Below, one piece after another: positions 1 to 13,239 of a DNA stretch of 64,000 bases (position 1 is the first letter of the stretch; every line of letters starts with the position of its first letter). The translations under genes were made by a program, and so were the position numbers. The notes beneath the pieces were generated by a model, which saw only the letters and a list, made by a program, of their open reading frames with translations, searched no databases and had not been told where the DNA came from. The stretch covers positions 62,001 through 126,000 of the forward strand of contig CDRNVI010000051.1 of NCBI GenBank assembly GCA_977017575.1. Reading direction: 5' to 3'. This DNA comes from Paramoeba atlantica. Its lineage: Eukaryota; Protista; Discosea.

Positions 1-1481
1 ATTGGAATGTTGCTTAACTTGGGAAGAAAAATACTTAGAATTCAATAATCTACATTGTATAACAATCCTTGGCTTCATTAGGGGTTAGGTATGGTGGAAA
101 AGTTGGGTTTCGCAAATTGTTTCCCACTAACGACACACATTTTTGTCTTGCAGATGGGTAAACAAGGTCTTGATTTTGATAGGGGTTGGGCCTGGTGGAA
201 ACGTTGGGTTTCCAATTTGATTCAAATTGATTCCAATTTGAGAGAATAATTGTTGGATAAGACGTTACACTACGATTTAAAGATAGAGAACAAAATTTTC
301 ACATTGGATATAAAGCTAGTACGTAACATATCCCATATTTTCGGGGAAAAATGGACACTCCTCCTCTCATTAATTTCTATAAATATAAATTATAACAAAA
401 AAAGAAAATTAATATTTATAGAAATTAATGAGAATGGTTAGGCAAAAAGTCCTGATTAATGATCCTGCCTGATGGAAAAACGCTATTTTTCTGCGATAAG
501 CTATCGCGGAACGTGAGATCCAAGGCCCTTGTCGGAAGTGAGGGTCAAATCTTTCTGCGGTGTTCTCCCCTCTATCCTAGCTTTTCCTGTTTGTTTCTTC
601 AAAACTAATTTTGTTTTGAAAATCTATAATTTTTTTTTGAAAAATTAGGAATGGCATTTATAGAAATTAATGAGAAGAGGAGTATGTTGCGTACTAGGAT
701 ATGTCTAGGGGGGGGTAACGATACCGTAGACCCACCAGTAACAGACCCCCCAGTAACAAGGATTTGGCTCGAGAGGGTGGATCAAGGGGGAGGGGGATTG
801 GGGCGGGTGAGGGTGGTTGCGCAGGAGCGAGTGTTCTACTTTTACCCTAAATGGGTTGCTCGAGCTGCTCCTATTGTTCATGCACTGATAAGTGGTCCTA
901 TACTTTGCTTTGTATGGCAACGGAAGACAGCATCATATTCCGGATAAAAAATCATGCTCTTATGTATGAGGCCGTTGCTTGTTCGAAACGTCGTGAGCCA
1001 CGGGTATGTACTCTTAAGGAAGATCACTTGTTATGCTCCGATAGAAAGTGCCGCGGTAAAATTAATTTTTTAGAACCTCTTCTGACGGCCGCACATGGGC
1101 GCACCGCAAACCATGTTTTTAAAGTCTTATACGGTATCACTTCTGTAGCCGGCTAAAGATCGCAACGGAGAACTGACTTGGGGCAAAAGCGATCACTCGG
1201 CTGACGAACATCCCTTTGAGTATGCTCTCGAACAATGAAAATCGAAAAAATGAAAAATGTGAAGCGAAAGAAATTCCAATTTCTTTCCAAAAAAATTCAA
1301 AGAATTCCGTATTAAAGGGGGGGATCATCGGGGTCCATATTAAAGGGGAGGTCACAGTATTCGTAAACTGAAAGTGAGCCTCAAAAATACTACTGCCCCT
1401 TTACTTAAGAGTCCGCCGATTTTCACCACTAAACTTGTTTGTTAATGAATAAAATCAGAGTACCCCCAAAAGGGTTACAAT

Positions 1482-2315
1482 TCAACTTCTTATTTTGACA
1501 TTTGTTGGAATTGACGAGGATTGTACATCCAAATTATATCTATTTCCACTCAGATCTAACTCATACATACCTGAGGGCAATGCATCAAACCATACTTTCC
1601 CCGTAAAGGCATTGTCCCCAAGAGAGAGCGTATGTAATGCGCGCGGAAGATTTCGAAGCTCCAACTCACCATCGAGCTTATTCTGTGACAGGTATAAAAT
1701 TTCCAGTTGCTTCGGAAGACTTGTTAAGTCCACGCTCCCTACGAATTGATTTCCTTGAAGATAGAGCTTCAGTAGTGCTCCAGGCAACAAAGTTAAATTT
1801 ATGCTTCCCGAAAAACAGTTCCGAGGCAAAGAAAACACTTTCAAAGAAGGGGGAAGTGCCGTCAAGTCAAGCTCACCGGAAAACTTAGTAGATGCCGACC
1901 AGAGTTCTTCAAACGCATGGGGGAGGGATCCGGCATCAAAGGCTCCATGAATGGCGTTATTTTGGATGTTGAAGTAAATGAGTTTAGGGGGAAGTGCACG
2001 AACCTGAAAATATCCATCCAGCTTATTATCTCCGATACGAACACTGTACACCGTGTGAGGTAGGCTACCCCAGGTGAGATTACCCTTCAATTGTTTGGAC
2101 GACCACTCGATGGATACGACCTCATGGACGGAGTTACAAGCGACACCGGTCCAATAGCATGCTTCTGTTTTATTCTTAGTAAGTACTGCAGTTTCCTCGA
2201 GATTTTCAATGAATTGTGCCATTTGCATGTCTTGTGAGAGGATGGCTCCTCGTACTTTACCCAGACGTGTTCGAGTCCGGGAGGAATCCGCAGTTTTTGT
2301 GATTAGAGATGACAT
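1482..2315 (-). CDS. Leucine-rich repeat protein (short LRR family with CxWxGVxC N-cap), 277 aa
   Basis: ORF with N-cap ACYWTGVACN and ~22-aa repeats LPxxLxxLxLxxNxFxGxLDL; near-paralog of 17063, 19981 and 42029 copies. Confidence 0.88.
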   Translation of the reverse strand: MSSLITKTADSSRTRTRLGKVRGAILSQDMQMAQFIENLEETAVLTKNKTEACYWTGVACNSVHEVVSIEWSSKQLKGNLTWGSLPHTVYSVRIGDNKLDGYFQVRALPPKLIYFNIQNNAIHGAFDAGSLPHAFEELWSASTKFSGELDLTALPPSLKVFSLPRNCFSGSINLTLLPGALLKLYLQGNQFVGSVDLTSLPKQLEILYLSQNKLDGELELRNLPRALHTLSLGDNAFTGKVWFDALPSGMYELDLSGNRYNLDVQSSSIPTNVKIRS

Positions 2316-2382
2316 TGCGTGAAGATGAAAGAATGAAAAGACCGCTTCGCTTCTTTAAGAGAAAGAAACTGTTTCTAAGTAA

Positions 2383-3227
2383 CGGGCGGTAGGGACAAAT
2401 ATTTGACAAAATATTGATTTTTTTCGAAATTGCTTACAATAATTGTTTAAACGTTTTCAAATCATTTTCGTATTCATGCAGCCATTTTCAGCGTCTCTGA
2501 GCGCATAATTTTATTAACTTTTTCCCGGCGATCTGAAGGAAGGTTCGACGCTTTGATCCACATGAAATCAACATTTTCTTACCTGACAAACGCAGATGAC
2601 TATCCCAGGACGGCAAATGCGTTTCTGAGTCAATGAAGGGCACCGGGTCGCCCCGGCTGGCCGCTGGCTCCCTCAGGATGTTCCCCCTTTGGGAAGTTGC
2701 CACCCTCCTTCAAGAGTGACACAATAGGCCCTTCACAGGCGTTTGGGGGTGCGAGGTCCGAATGCCTCTACCAGTTTCTGCCGACGTGTTTAACGTTGTT
2801 TAACGACCACATCGGGTATGGGAGTTGGTTCCATGAGGGGGGGTCCGAGTCGGTCCCCCAGACCTCAGACCTATTCGGAGGGTCTGTGTGGATTCGGAGC
2901 AGCTGTGTGGATCACTAAGCATTGTTCTTCCTCGTGGATAGCTGACTGGTCGTATTTCTCGGAGTGTTAGACCGCCCACTATTACCGTAAGTCCCGTAAG
3001 AGAGATTGGGCCCCAGTAAGCGAGATTTGGTTCGAGGGGCTGAGCGGGTGGATGGATGGGGGATCGTGGCTGGGATGGGTGATGGTAGCTGAGCGGGCGG
3101 TGATGTCTCTTTTAAACGCTTAAAATGGGTGTATTAACCTGCAAATGCCATAAAAACATTTAAAAGGACTTTTGAAACATTTTCGAAAAAAATCAATTTT
3201 TCGTCAAATATTTGTCCCTACCGTCCC
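2383..3227. mobile_element. Non-autonomous PIF/Harbinger-like TIR element (~845 bp)
   Basis: ~50-bp inverted termini (cgggcggtagggacaaatatttgac... / ...tcaaatatttgtccctaccgtccc) flanked by TAA on both sides. Confidence 0.7.
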
Positions 3228-3698
3228 TAAATAACAATAATACTAACGAATAATACTAACTTATCGTAAACTCTCATTGGTTTCTCCTATATAAATAGGA
3301 TGCTTAGCTAGGATGCTTATTGCTGTGTAATAAATAAGGCCCATAAGAACGCACATAATTCTGAAAATAAGACTAGTATAAATGATTCGTAAAAATACAT
3401 TGATGATAAATGAACGGTACCTTTTTTGGAGCGAAATTTATATACGTAATAGTTCAGAAGTGCATTCGATGACGTGAAATTACAAACTGAGAGTTGCATA
3501 CTTCCGCCATCGGAGAAATCAATCTCTTCAGTGTGTGATAAACGTGTATCTACAAGATCATTGTCGTTGTATTCATTTTAAGTTGAGAGCTAGAAGCAGA
3601 AAGTTTAAATTTCTTTGCACAATATTTTTATGAACTTCAAAAAAATTGAGGACATTACGCTCCCCTTAACTGGCACATCAAGATCTATCTTAATCTTC

Positions 3699-4300
3699 TT
3701 ATCCCATCAGCTGGGATTTCGTTTGATCGAAGGTTATATAGTATATAGTCGACGAAGCGTCTGACAATGCAATGAAAAAACTTGATTCGGGAGTTGGCGG
3801 GCCTTCAATGCACAAGAAATTTTGTTGAATTGCCGCTAAATGTTGCCTCAGTAGTTCCAATTGAGCGGTGCGAAGGTGATGTGGTTCATCCTCGCTGCGC
3901 ACCGAAATATCGCGACCAATCATCCTAGCCCCATATACTTTGGGAAAAGAAACTTGACGCACCATCGTATCCCACATAATGATACCTAGGACGCGTTTTA
4001 CGTCCCGTACTGTTACCAATACCTTCGTGGTGAAGACCTCTCCCTCTACAGATTCTTCACTATACAGTTCTGTAAAAAACTTGCTCCTGAGATACTCAGT
4101 GACACTCTGTGAGCACTCAGTGGTGCATCAGACAACCGGTGAGGATTGCATGCAACGGACGCTAGAGATGCTAGAGTCAATGCCCATACTCACACGGGAT
4201 CAGCATACGCTACGGAAGTGCGAAGTGATACTCGATGAGTGCCAGGCACCCTGATACACCCTTCCCCTCCCACCGGGTGACAGGCAAGGCACCAAGGTCA
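3699..4300 (-). pseudogene. Degenerate retroelement RT/RNase H-like remnant (possibly DIRS-like)
   Basis: Broken frames with RVLGII and IALSDAS motifs; similar weak remnants at 12047-12472, 18990-19500 and 56985-57290. Confidence 0.3.
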
Positions 4301-4540
4301 CATTGTATTTTAGAATAGTAAAAAGAATATCTTAATGATGAATGTTTCTCCTCCCTCACACTGATCGTACGCTTGCGTGTACGACGCGCCGGGCTTGGGA
4401 CCGGTGACGAGCGTGTTTACGGAGGCCGTGAAAATGATATATTTCAAAGACGAATTTTGCTTTAATTTAACCAAAATTACGGACTATACTCCTGATCGGC
4501 GTAGAGCTCTGAAACTAGACGGCCGTCCGAGACCATAACG

Positions 4541-5163
4541 CTAGAGCGCTCGAAATAAATTTCCGTTCGATACCGTAATGTGTGCATGCCGAAAGTCGTA
4601 AGTTAAGTTCCGACTGTGCATTCCCACATTGAAGGTACCTTTAAGGCCAATGTCCCGAAACAGCTTTAGCTCGGCTAAAGTTGACGGAAGCGATGAGAAA
4701 TCGACGGTGTCAAAAAAATCATTGCTTTGAACGTCCAAGATCATCAGTAATGACGGAAGCTGCAGAAGGTTGAGATTACCCGTTAACTATTGGAAGATAA
4801 ATATATTTCCGTTAGAGTCGAGGGAAACGTCTCTAGAGGAAGTTCACCACGAAGCTGGGCATTTATCGTTTAAAGAGACACTAAACTCGACGGTAAAAAT
4901 TTCCAATTTAACGTCACTAAATCTATAAAGTACCAACTGATTGCTTTAACTCGTTTCTTCTCACAACATTCAATGCCATTCCATTCACAGGCAGGTGTGT
5001 TGGTGTCCCAGTTAGGAAGCTTTTTATTTGCGCTTTCAACAAGTCTTGCCAAATCGTATTCTTGCGGTAAGGAAACAGACCTTATTTTCGCTGCACAGTG
5101 ATGCGTTGAAGATTGTACGTCCGATGCACGTAGCGCACGCATCATTAAAAAGGAGTAAGTCAT
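4541..5163 (-). pseudogene. Frameshifted LRR family pseudogene
   Basis: KIRSVSLPQEYDLARL...ACEWNGIEC N-cap in 4870-5163 continues in another frame (4541-4744: DFSSLPSTLAELKL). Confidence 0.8.
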
Positions 5164-6759
5164 TGAAAATTGAAAAGTGTTTAAGAAAAGAGATCCCGAA
5201 TTAATTGGTCGGTCTACGGAACTACAACTGTAGAATAGAGCTCACAAGTATACTGTGATCCCGTTACTTAGCCCCCATACTCCGTGGAAAGAGAATCGCT
5301 CAGTTAAAGAAAGGAGTTAAGAAAGGATAAGTTAAAGAAAGATAAGTTAAAGAGGGGTGAATGACTCGCAACTCTTAGGAGCCAGAGGAGCGAAAGCAAC
5401 ACTATTGTAATTTTGAACAGCGAGAGAAGTGATATAATTTCAGTGACCCATTGTTTCCTAGTGGCTACTGAGATGCATCTGAAGCGCAATGTCTCACTTC
5501 AGTGCGTCAAATGTAGTGAGTGTTACAGTGCTCGTAAAAATTGGTGTCGTAAAATATCGAGTTGTAAAAATTAGTACATTTTTAATTAGTGTGACTGTTT
5601 TAATAATCGAATATGCCCGAAGACATAAGAGCGACACTGGGAATAGTGGCCGTGGCTCAAACGACGGAAAATCCTCAGCGAAAAAATATCTACTGAACAA
5701 CGGGAATGGCTTTTTTAAAAACTATAAGGACCAATTTATTAGTTTTCCATGCGTTTTTTTTCTTGGATTCAAGTAGTTGTTTGAAATATAAATTAGTGTC
5801 GTAAAAATTCGTGTATTTTTAATTAACGTTATTTTCTCGACCAACACTGATCAAAAATATACTAATTTTTAAGAGCACTGTAGTCTACAAAGGCGGATAC
5901 CAGGCTTGGCAATGTTGCATGTAGAATCTTTTGTAATTCGTGTTGCTGCACCTCTGACTTTTCCAAGTGGTCAGCGTTTTCACTGAACTGTGACTTAGCA
6001 CTGTAGCTTATGAAAAAGGGTTTTTGATCGTGCGTTCTTTTTAGAGAATGAGCACAACTAGCTGACTTTTAAAAATTCTCCATCTGTTTATTAAATCTCA
6101 TTCTGTTCATTAAACTTTAATGCCATGGGACTTGTACCATGTTCTTAGTCCTGGAGGTTGCAAGGTGTGGAAATCCTTGGATAATGACTTGAAAACACGA
6201 CGGATGAAATAGGAATACTCACTTCTGAGTTATCAATATGTAAAATACAAAAGTTGTCAATAGAAAGTATCAACAGTGTACAGCGGGTAGTGTCGACAGT
6301 GTACTGGTAATATTGATACGAGTGACAATATAAATGAAAAAAATTCTGATCAAATGGTTTAAAAAGAACATTGTTTTCAGATTATTGATAGCTAAACATT
6401 GGAGTCTGTGCAAGTCTTGGCCGTCACGAACGTCACGCGCAGCCACATTATCTTACTTTTTCGAGCTTTCTTAACATTGTTTTGGAAGGAAACTTGATTA
6501 CATGTACTCATTTCAATGTGACTGCAATCGTCTGTTCATCGGCAGCAGTGCCACGGAAATTGCAAGAGCTCGACTCCCTTCACAATCGCACACCCTAATC
6601 CTCCAGCCTTTCGTGTATATTGTAAAATAGTGTCCGACGCCTGACGAGCAGGACAAATGCGTTCTCTGCCTTGAAGATGGCGTTTTGCAAGGTACCGAAG
6701 TGTGCCTTTCATGTGGGCAAAATATCAGGTTATGGAATCTTTCCCTTCCGACTTGCTGC

Positions 6760-6795
6760 AAAGATACAGTTTCTGTACTTTGTTGTACCTTGTTG
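6760..6795 (+). ncRNA. Spliced-leader (mini-exon) 3'-end-like sequence at the 5' end of retrotransposon 1
   Basis: AAAGATACAGTTTCTGTACTTTGTTG followed by a duplicated TACCTTGTTG; matches the conserved kinetoplastid SL core ACAGTTTCTGTAC...TTG. Confidence 0.75.
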
Positions 6796-6822
6796 ATTTA
6801 TTTCTTTATCGTTTAAATCTAC

Positions 6823-9800
6823 ATGGCGCGACGCCGCGCGCAACGATCTCACTCGAATGCGCTGCAGGACCTTACACGAGGACCACGCGGCGTTCGCAAG
6901 CAAAGCGCAACTCCCACCCATCCTGACGCCTCCTCCAACGAGAACGGAAGTACTCCCGACAATCTGTTAAACGTCACGCAAACCGAGCATGTGACAGGCA
7001 ATTCGGCGAATACCACCGCATCGTCCCCAGCGGAACCCTGTAAGCGCAAGTGTCTGAATAAACGTGAATGCTTACACTTGTGCTGCAAGCGTCACTTAAC
7101 TGCGCAAGTATAACGGATAGCGACACCGTAACATCACATACCGTTATGTCAAAGAAACGAAGGAATTTTGAAGTCTCCCCGCTTGCCATGGCCCGATCAA
7201 TTATACTAGTATTCAGAACTCTCTACAACATGCGGAATATTGGCATCATCATATCTAACGTCTTCAGATGGATATCTAGCCTCGCCGTTCACTTCCTAGT
7301 AGCACCCATCCGCGCAATCCCATCACCCAACGCCCTCAATCCTTTCCGTCGAAATGTTGGCACACAAAGTATCACGACAAAACCGTGTAGGCACATCTGT
7401 CTGAACAAAGTCACCTACAAACACCCTTGTTGCAAACGTCATATACGACACTCCCAGAAGGAAGTCATAAATATGGTGCCAACAAACAATGGACCCTTTG
7501 GTCACGTACTACTAGTCATCACAAGGAACACTCAAACCCTATTGTCCCTATTAACTGGTTGGCTTTCTGAAGCAGCAAACCCATTACACATTGTCCAATG
7601 TATGAACATGGTATATGTGTGCATAGGTAGTACCATCAGGTTCATTACTTCTTCTTGCAGAAAAACGTATGACATTTTCCCATCGCCTCTGCTTTTACTG
7701 CCCCGGATACGAATAATGCACGAGAAATTTTGTTCAAACGTCGCGCGGTTGAAAAAGCAACCACTGAGCATGACCGCTCTTGAAATCATGAAACTTGCAC
7801 AACGAATAATTCTCTGGTATATCAGGTTTTTCTATATACAAGTAGACACTATGCCACAAAATGACGGAAAACCAGAACCCGAAACCGCAAGTCCCACGAA
7901 ACTATGCACATCATCCCAGCCATTCACGACTGCGGTCGAGAAAGAAAGCAATCCCTATTTACCAGCAAACCCAACAGTCACGCTTAACCACAATGAGATG
8001 TACGAGGTGGAAAAGCTGACGGAAAAGCAAGAATTAATCATGCCTTGTCCCAGGGAACAGGAAGGAGAAAACGATGAAGTCCCTGGCTGGGTATTTCAAA
8101 GCAGCGCGACACAGAACCGGGACGAATCCGCACCACCTGACACAAACCATGAACCACGGCAAAAGCAATACCTTCACTTTGTCCAGAGCAGAGCCCGCCC
8201 CGTGAAAGTGCGAACAGTAGCAAACCTGATCTGGACATACTTTCCAGATATTCGAAATGCCAGCGAATCTCCTCTCGTCCGGGCTAGAATAACCTCTCTC
8301 CAAGCAGCACAAGCGGCACTCTCGAAAATGTTGTCTGGTAAAAGCAACTCTCATGACTTGGTTGTCGAGCCTTCCACAACTAAAGAACTCATGGACCACC
8401 GCGGATGCGACTACATACATATCGAAGAACAAAATAGTCAACACATCAGTCGGCATGCCAGCTGGACATCCCTTCTCCAAGATAATACACTTAAACTCAA
8501 CGAGAAGTATGCAACAGCGGGAGCACTAGGCCGCGCAGTCATGAAGGCGCTTAACGGAATGGATATACCACATCTCAGACATCTACGCATTACAGTACAT
8601 CGAAGACTGGAGGAAGCGGAAGAAGTCAGTTACGAACGTATCTCACGCAGAGAAGCATCACCGAATCGCATTCAACAGAACCGTAGTGCACCGACACTGC
8701 GCACTGTACAGCCATGCCGCCACACGTGTCGAAACAAACTTGAGTGCGCACACCTATGTTGCAAAGTATTTGGGCCACCCTATGCACCAGGGAACGAAAC
8801 CGGCTGTGAATCCCCAACAACAGTACCCAGTAACATACATTCCCAAGTTGAACCCTCCACGCCGACAGTGCAATCTGACGCCTCTCAAAGTCAAAAAGCA
8901 GTAGAACTCCTGCAAAAGCACAATGCAATACTTGGCGGGAAGGTTACCATACGACTCAGCGAAGAGCAATGGCGACAGGTTGAAGCGAGAGCAAGTGCAC
9001 GTTGCAACGAACTTCTAAGCGATACAACGGACAGGAAGACAGCTATACGTAACGCAGAACTTCTTAGCGCCGCCCTAGCCGTATCTGCTTACGAAATAGC
9101 GACGGAAGCGAATCCGACAAGGGGCTTCCTCATCAGAGCTAGCACCGGACACGCCCGACGATGGTATCGACCACTCGCCACGGAGAGAGTCGCACAAGAA
9201 CTGAAACACCATCTCACAACCTTGAAAACTTCGCTACGCTATACGAGAAGTAGGACGGAACGAGACGAATTACGAGCACAAATCAAAGAATGTCGGAAGC
9301 TAGTCAGGATACGTGAGGAAGAAGCGACGAAACAAAGAGAAGAAATCGATCAGCGCTGGGCCTCCGAGCGATTTTCCAGAAATCCGTGGACAGCAGCTTC
9401 AGAAACGATCGACAAACCTGACGCTAATGAAGTACAGAATACAACTTACCCGACCTGCGACCGGAACACCATAGAGACATACTTCGAGTCAAGCTTTAAA
9501 CCCAGTGAAGAACTCTTCCAACTGCCTCCTCCAGATGTACTCGGACCAGGAGCCGCCCAACCCATGCATTGGGACCCAATCACGCGAGACGATGTCACAG
9601 CAGCCATCAATATGAAACGGAACTCCAGCTCACCCGGTGCAGACACGATCACCAATCTGATTCTTAAGAAATGTCCATTCATGCATGATCAATTTGCTAA
9701 GGTATTCAATAATCTGATGACTTTCTCGACCTGCCCTCCATCATGGAAAACTGCAATCACTAGGCTGATACATACAAGAACGGTGATACAATGTAAGAAC

Positions 9801-11859
9801 GGAGCACCGGAAAACCCCAAAAATTGGCGCCCCATTTCACTGACGAGCGCCCTTGGTAAAGCGTTCCACACAATCATATCGCATCGCCTGACCCAACATC
9901 TTATTCGACACAATGTGATTGACCCGAAAATACAGAAAGGGTTTCTTCCCGAAATCAATGGGACATTGGAGCACACCCAAACTCTATGCACCCTCCTCCA
10001 GCACTACCAGCGACATAAACGACAGTACTGTCTTGCCCAATTGGACCTCACTAACGCCTTTGGTTCGATCCCGCATAACATTATACTAGCTTCCCTAGGT
10101 TGGGCAGGCATACCCTGCAACGTTGTCGACTACATCAAAGACAGCCTCACTGATGCACATATACGAGTTAAATGTTACGAAGGTCTAACGCGTCCCATAC
10201 ATGTAAAGAAGGGAGTCTTACAAGGCGATACACTCTCCACCACTATATTCTTAGTAGTCATGGAAATCGTATTACGATACGTTCGGTTCTCGTGTCCAAC
10301 CTTTGGCATGCGCCTTCCCAACGGCGATAACAACTTCTTGAAAGCGTATGCCGATGATTTAACCATTCTGACCGAAAGTAACCGTGACATGCAAACTTCG
10401 CTGAACGCACTAACCACGGTGCTCTCCAAAATCGGATTAAAAATCAACGTCACAAAAAGTCGAGTCCAATGTATGAGCACGCGGAAAGGCGAAGAGCACC
10501 CGGGGTACATGACGAGAAGACCTACAGTAACCACATACGGAGAAAAAATTCCACATATTTGTGACGCCGGAAGCTCATTTCTTGGTATGACCCTCGCCCC
10601 TGGATCTCAGCAGCTAAACGAACTTTTCAAGAAATTAAACTCAAAGCTGAAGGGATGGCTCGAAAACACGAGTGCCAGCGCCTATAATCTCTCGGCTAAG
10701 CTGTGGATCTACAGACACGCTATAATTTCCCGACTTCGGTTTCAGTTTACCATCCACCCCTGCATCTCTTTCAGCTCAGTTCTGCGGCTTCAGAAGCGAG
10801 TCACAGCACACATTCGACGATGGATTAACATGGCTCGTGCCGGTAGCACAGAAGTACTATACTCCTGCCGCGGCTGGAATCTCAAAAGTCTGACACAACT
10901 CTGGTACGAGTGCACCGGAACGTCACTTACCCAAATGCATCAATCACGAGACCCGAACGTGCTCAAGGCATTGCGCTTCCGCATCCAGGAAGAGCAAAGG
11001 AAGCGTGCGAAAGGTCAAATCCGCCTAGCTGCACAAATAACCGATCATCTTAACGACCCACAGCGCGCACGACAAATACTCCGTGATGCCCACGAAGAAC
11101 AAATGATTACACGTCTACGACAACGTGCTCCTGTTGCTGCCCTCTGGTGGCAGTTTCCGTCAGACCCAGAAATGGCACAAGAATTTGCATCTGCCATCCA
11201 TGGGATCCGAAACGAGAAACTCTCGCGATTCATGTCCTCCGTCATGACTCTAACCCCCCTGCCCTCCCGAGTATCCCTTGTACAATGGGGTCGCAACTAT
11301 CACTCTGATACAAACAACAAGACACGTCCTTTCATCATGCAACACATCCTTACAACAAGGGAGGTACACACTCAGACACGACATGGTTCTCCGCGAGTTC
11401 GCACGACACGTACGCCAATCCCCTTCCACCGAAGCTTGCTACTTTGACCTCACGGGTGAACGGAACCCACTCCCGTGGTACACCAGTAGCGACAGTTTAC
11501 TGCGCCCGTATGGCTGGATCAAACTACGGAACGGGACCGAGTTCATCATTGAGCTAACTGTCCCGTGGGAGGAGAACTGTGAAAACGCACACCGGCGGAA
11601 GTCAGAGAAGTATAACTCACTTCTCCACGAGCGCAGAATCGAGAACCCGAACTGCTATGCCCTAGCGTTCGAGATCGGCGCACGGGGACTTCCTAGCGGA
11701 TCCTGTCGCTATCTTGACGCCGTGTTCCAAGGGGAACGAAAACGAGCCAGATCATGCAGAGAAAGCATGAGTTTAATGGCTGGTCGGGCCAGCTATATTA
11801 TTTGGGCTCGGAGGAACGAAGCTGAATGGACGGACGAGGAAAACCGCTCTGCTTGCTAA
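6823..11859 (+). pseudogene. Single-ORF retrotransposon polyprotein (Zn fingers-RT-RLE) with two frameshifts
   Basis: Frames 6823-7113, 7068-11447 and 11278-11859 join; the break near 11320 removes the CxxC of the CCHC knuckle that is retained in element 2. Confidence 0.85.
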
Positions 11860-12630
11860 ATAAAAAGGGTTATCCCGTTGTATGAGGGCCTTACCCTGAA
11901 AACTCTCTGCTATTATGCAATAGTATGAACAAACAATTCGAGAGGCGGGATTGGATATCGAAGTACGCATGCATCGGAAGGCGATGGAAATCTCGCTTTT
12001 TCCCGGGAGCCCCATCTTACTAGAGAGCGGTAGATTTCTGAGTGCCTTATTTGATGACCCACAAGGCGCGCTCGATTAATACGATGTATTGTATTGTAAT
12101 GTAGCGCATTATGGTACAGAAGCCGATATCACCATGGATTACGTACATCACCATGGACGACGGCCACTGACAAGCCAGACCAAAATCCTGAGAATCCAAG
12201 TCATTCGGGACTGCTGCGCATCGCCGATGGCAAGCCAGACCCTTCAGAGACAGATTTATAGGTTCCGAGGCATGACAGGTGACTAAAAAAGTGGAGATGG
12301 CGTTTTTCTTGTGGGAAACTGTCGCACCTACACTATTGGTATCTCCCTCGTCCACTTTATCCTGGGTTGTTGTATCACCGCAAATCAGGGAAATGGATCT
12401 TGAATGATTGAGGCGCTCGGCACTGACAAGCACCAAGCCAGGCACCAAGTAAACCTCGATCTTGGCTGTCACGAAACGTCACGAAGCGTCACGAAACGTC
12501 ACGCGCTGACTGCACAGACTCCATTTATGAAATGAATGCGTACAGGAATTGTATTCACTAATCAATCGTAGAAAAGTACTTTGAATTTCTCAAAAACAAA
12601 TTGGTTGGTGTATGATGATGGGCGGGTGCA

Positions 12631-13239
12631 CTAATGCTTGACTGTCCAAGGTAAATCTGCATACCCCTCGATCTTTGTACCCCCTGCGACCAAAGTTCTA
12701 CGACCTCGGAGTGCAAAGGGTAAATAGCATACCTCCAAATCCCCCGTGAGATGCTCATTCTCGTCGAGGTGCTGCCATTGCATATTCGCTGGTAGCGTGT
12801 TTAACTTCACTGAACCGTGGAATTTATTGTTATTGAGAAACATGTCTCTTAAAGAAGAAGGCAGATTGGTGAAATCGGGAGTCCCTGAGAAAACGTTCCG
12901 CCCGAGATTAAAATATCGAAGTCCGCCAGGGAGAAACTGCCAGCCCACCTCCCCAGTAAGCTTATTGTCCTCCACGCTGAATTCCACAAGTGATTGAGGA
13001 AGGAACTCCCAGCGCAAAGTGCCCTGTAACTCACGATGTCCCCAATAAATACTACGGACCACGCTTTCGGGACCATCCGCTCTCCACGGACACTTTACGC
13101 CATCCCATTTACAGACTTCCGTCTCCGAATTCCAACTGGGATGTGGATGGTGCACATGTTGAATGAATTGGGTCAGTTGGTATTCTTGGGGAAGCGCGAC
13201 ACCTCTGACCTTAGCGGGACGGGTCGTCGGGGTGTCCAT
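12631..13239 (-). CDS. LRR family protein, 202 aa
   Basis: RPAKVRGVALPQEYQL N-terminus, CKWDGVKC cap, LRR repeats. Confidence 0.85.
   Translation of the reverse strand: MDTPTTRPAKVRGVALPQEYQLTQFIQHVHHPHPSWNSETEVCKWDGVKCPWRADGPESVVRSIYWGHRELQGTLRWEFLPQSLVEFSVEDNKLTGEVGWQFLPGGLRYFNLGRNVFSGTPDFTNLPSSLRDMFLNNNKFHGSVKLNTLPANMQWQHLDENEHLTGDLEVCYLPFALRGRRTLVAGGTKIEGYADLPWTVKH

Larger units (their letters stand above)
6760..11936 (+). mobile_element. Non-LTR retrotransposon 1, RT + restriction-like endonuclease (HERO-like), near full length
   Basis: RT motifs NWRPISL, QKGFLP, DLTNAFGSIPH, GVLQGDTLS, AYADDL; RLE tail GRYTLRHD, LRPYGW, IELTVPWE, RKSEKY, FEIGARG; 3' end approximate. Confidence 0.92.
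6401..12522. mobile_element. TIR element (Harbinger-like termini) hosting retrotransposon 1
   Basis: 12-bp TIR GGAGTCTGTGCA (6401-6412) / TGCACAGACTCC (12511-12522), ATT on both flanks, subterminal GTCACGAA(A)C repeats at both ends. Confidence 0.6.
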
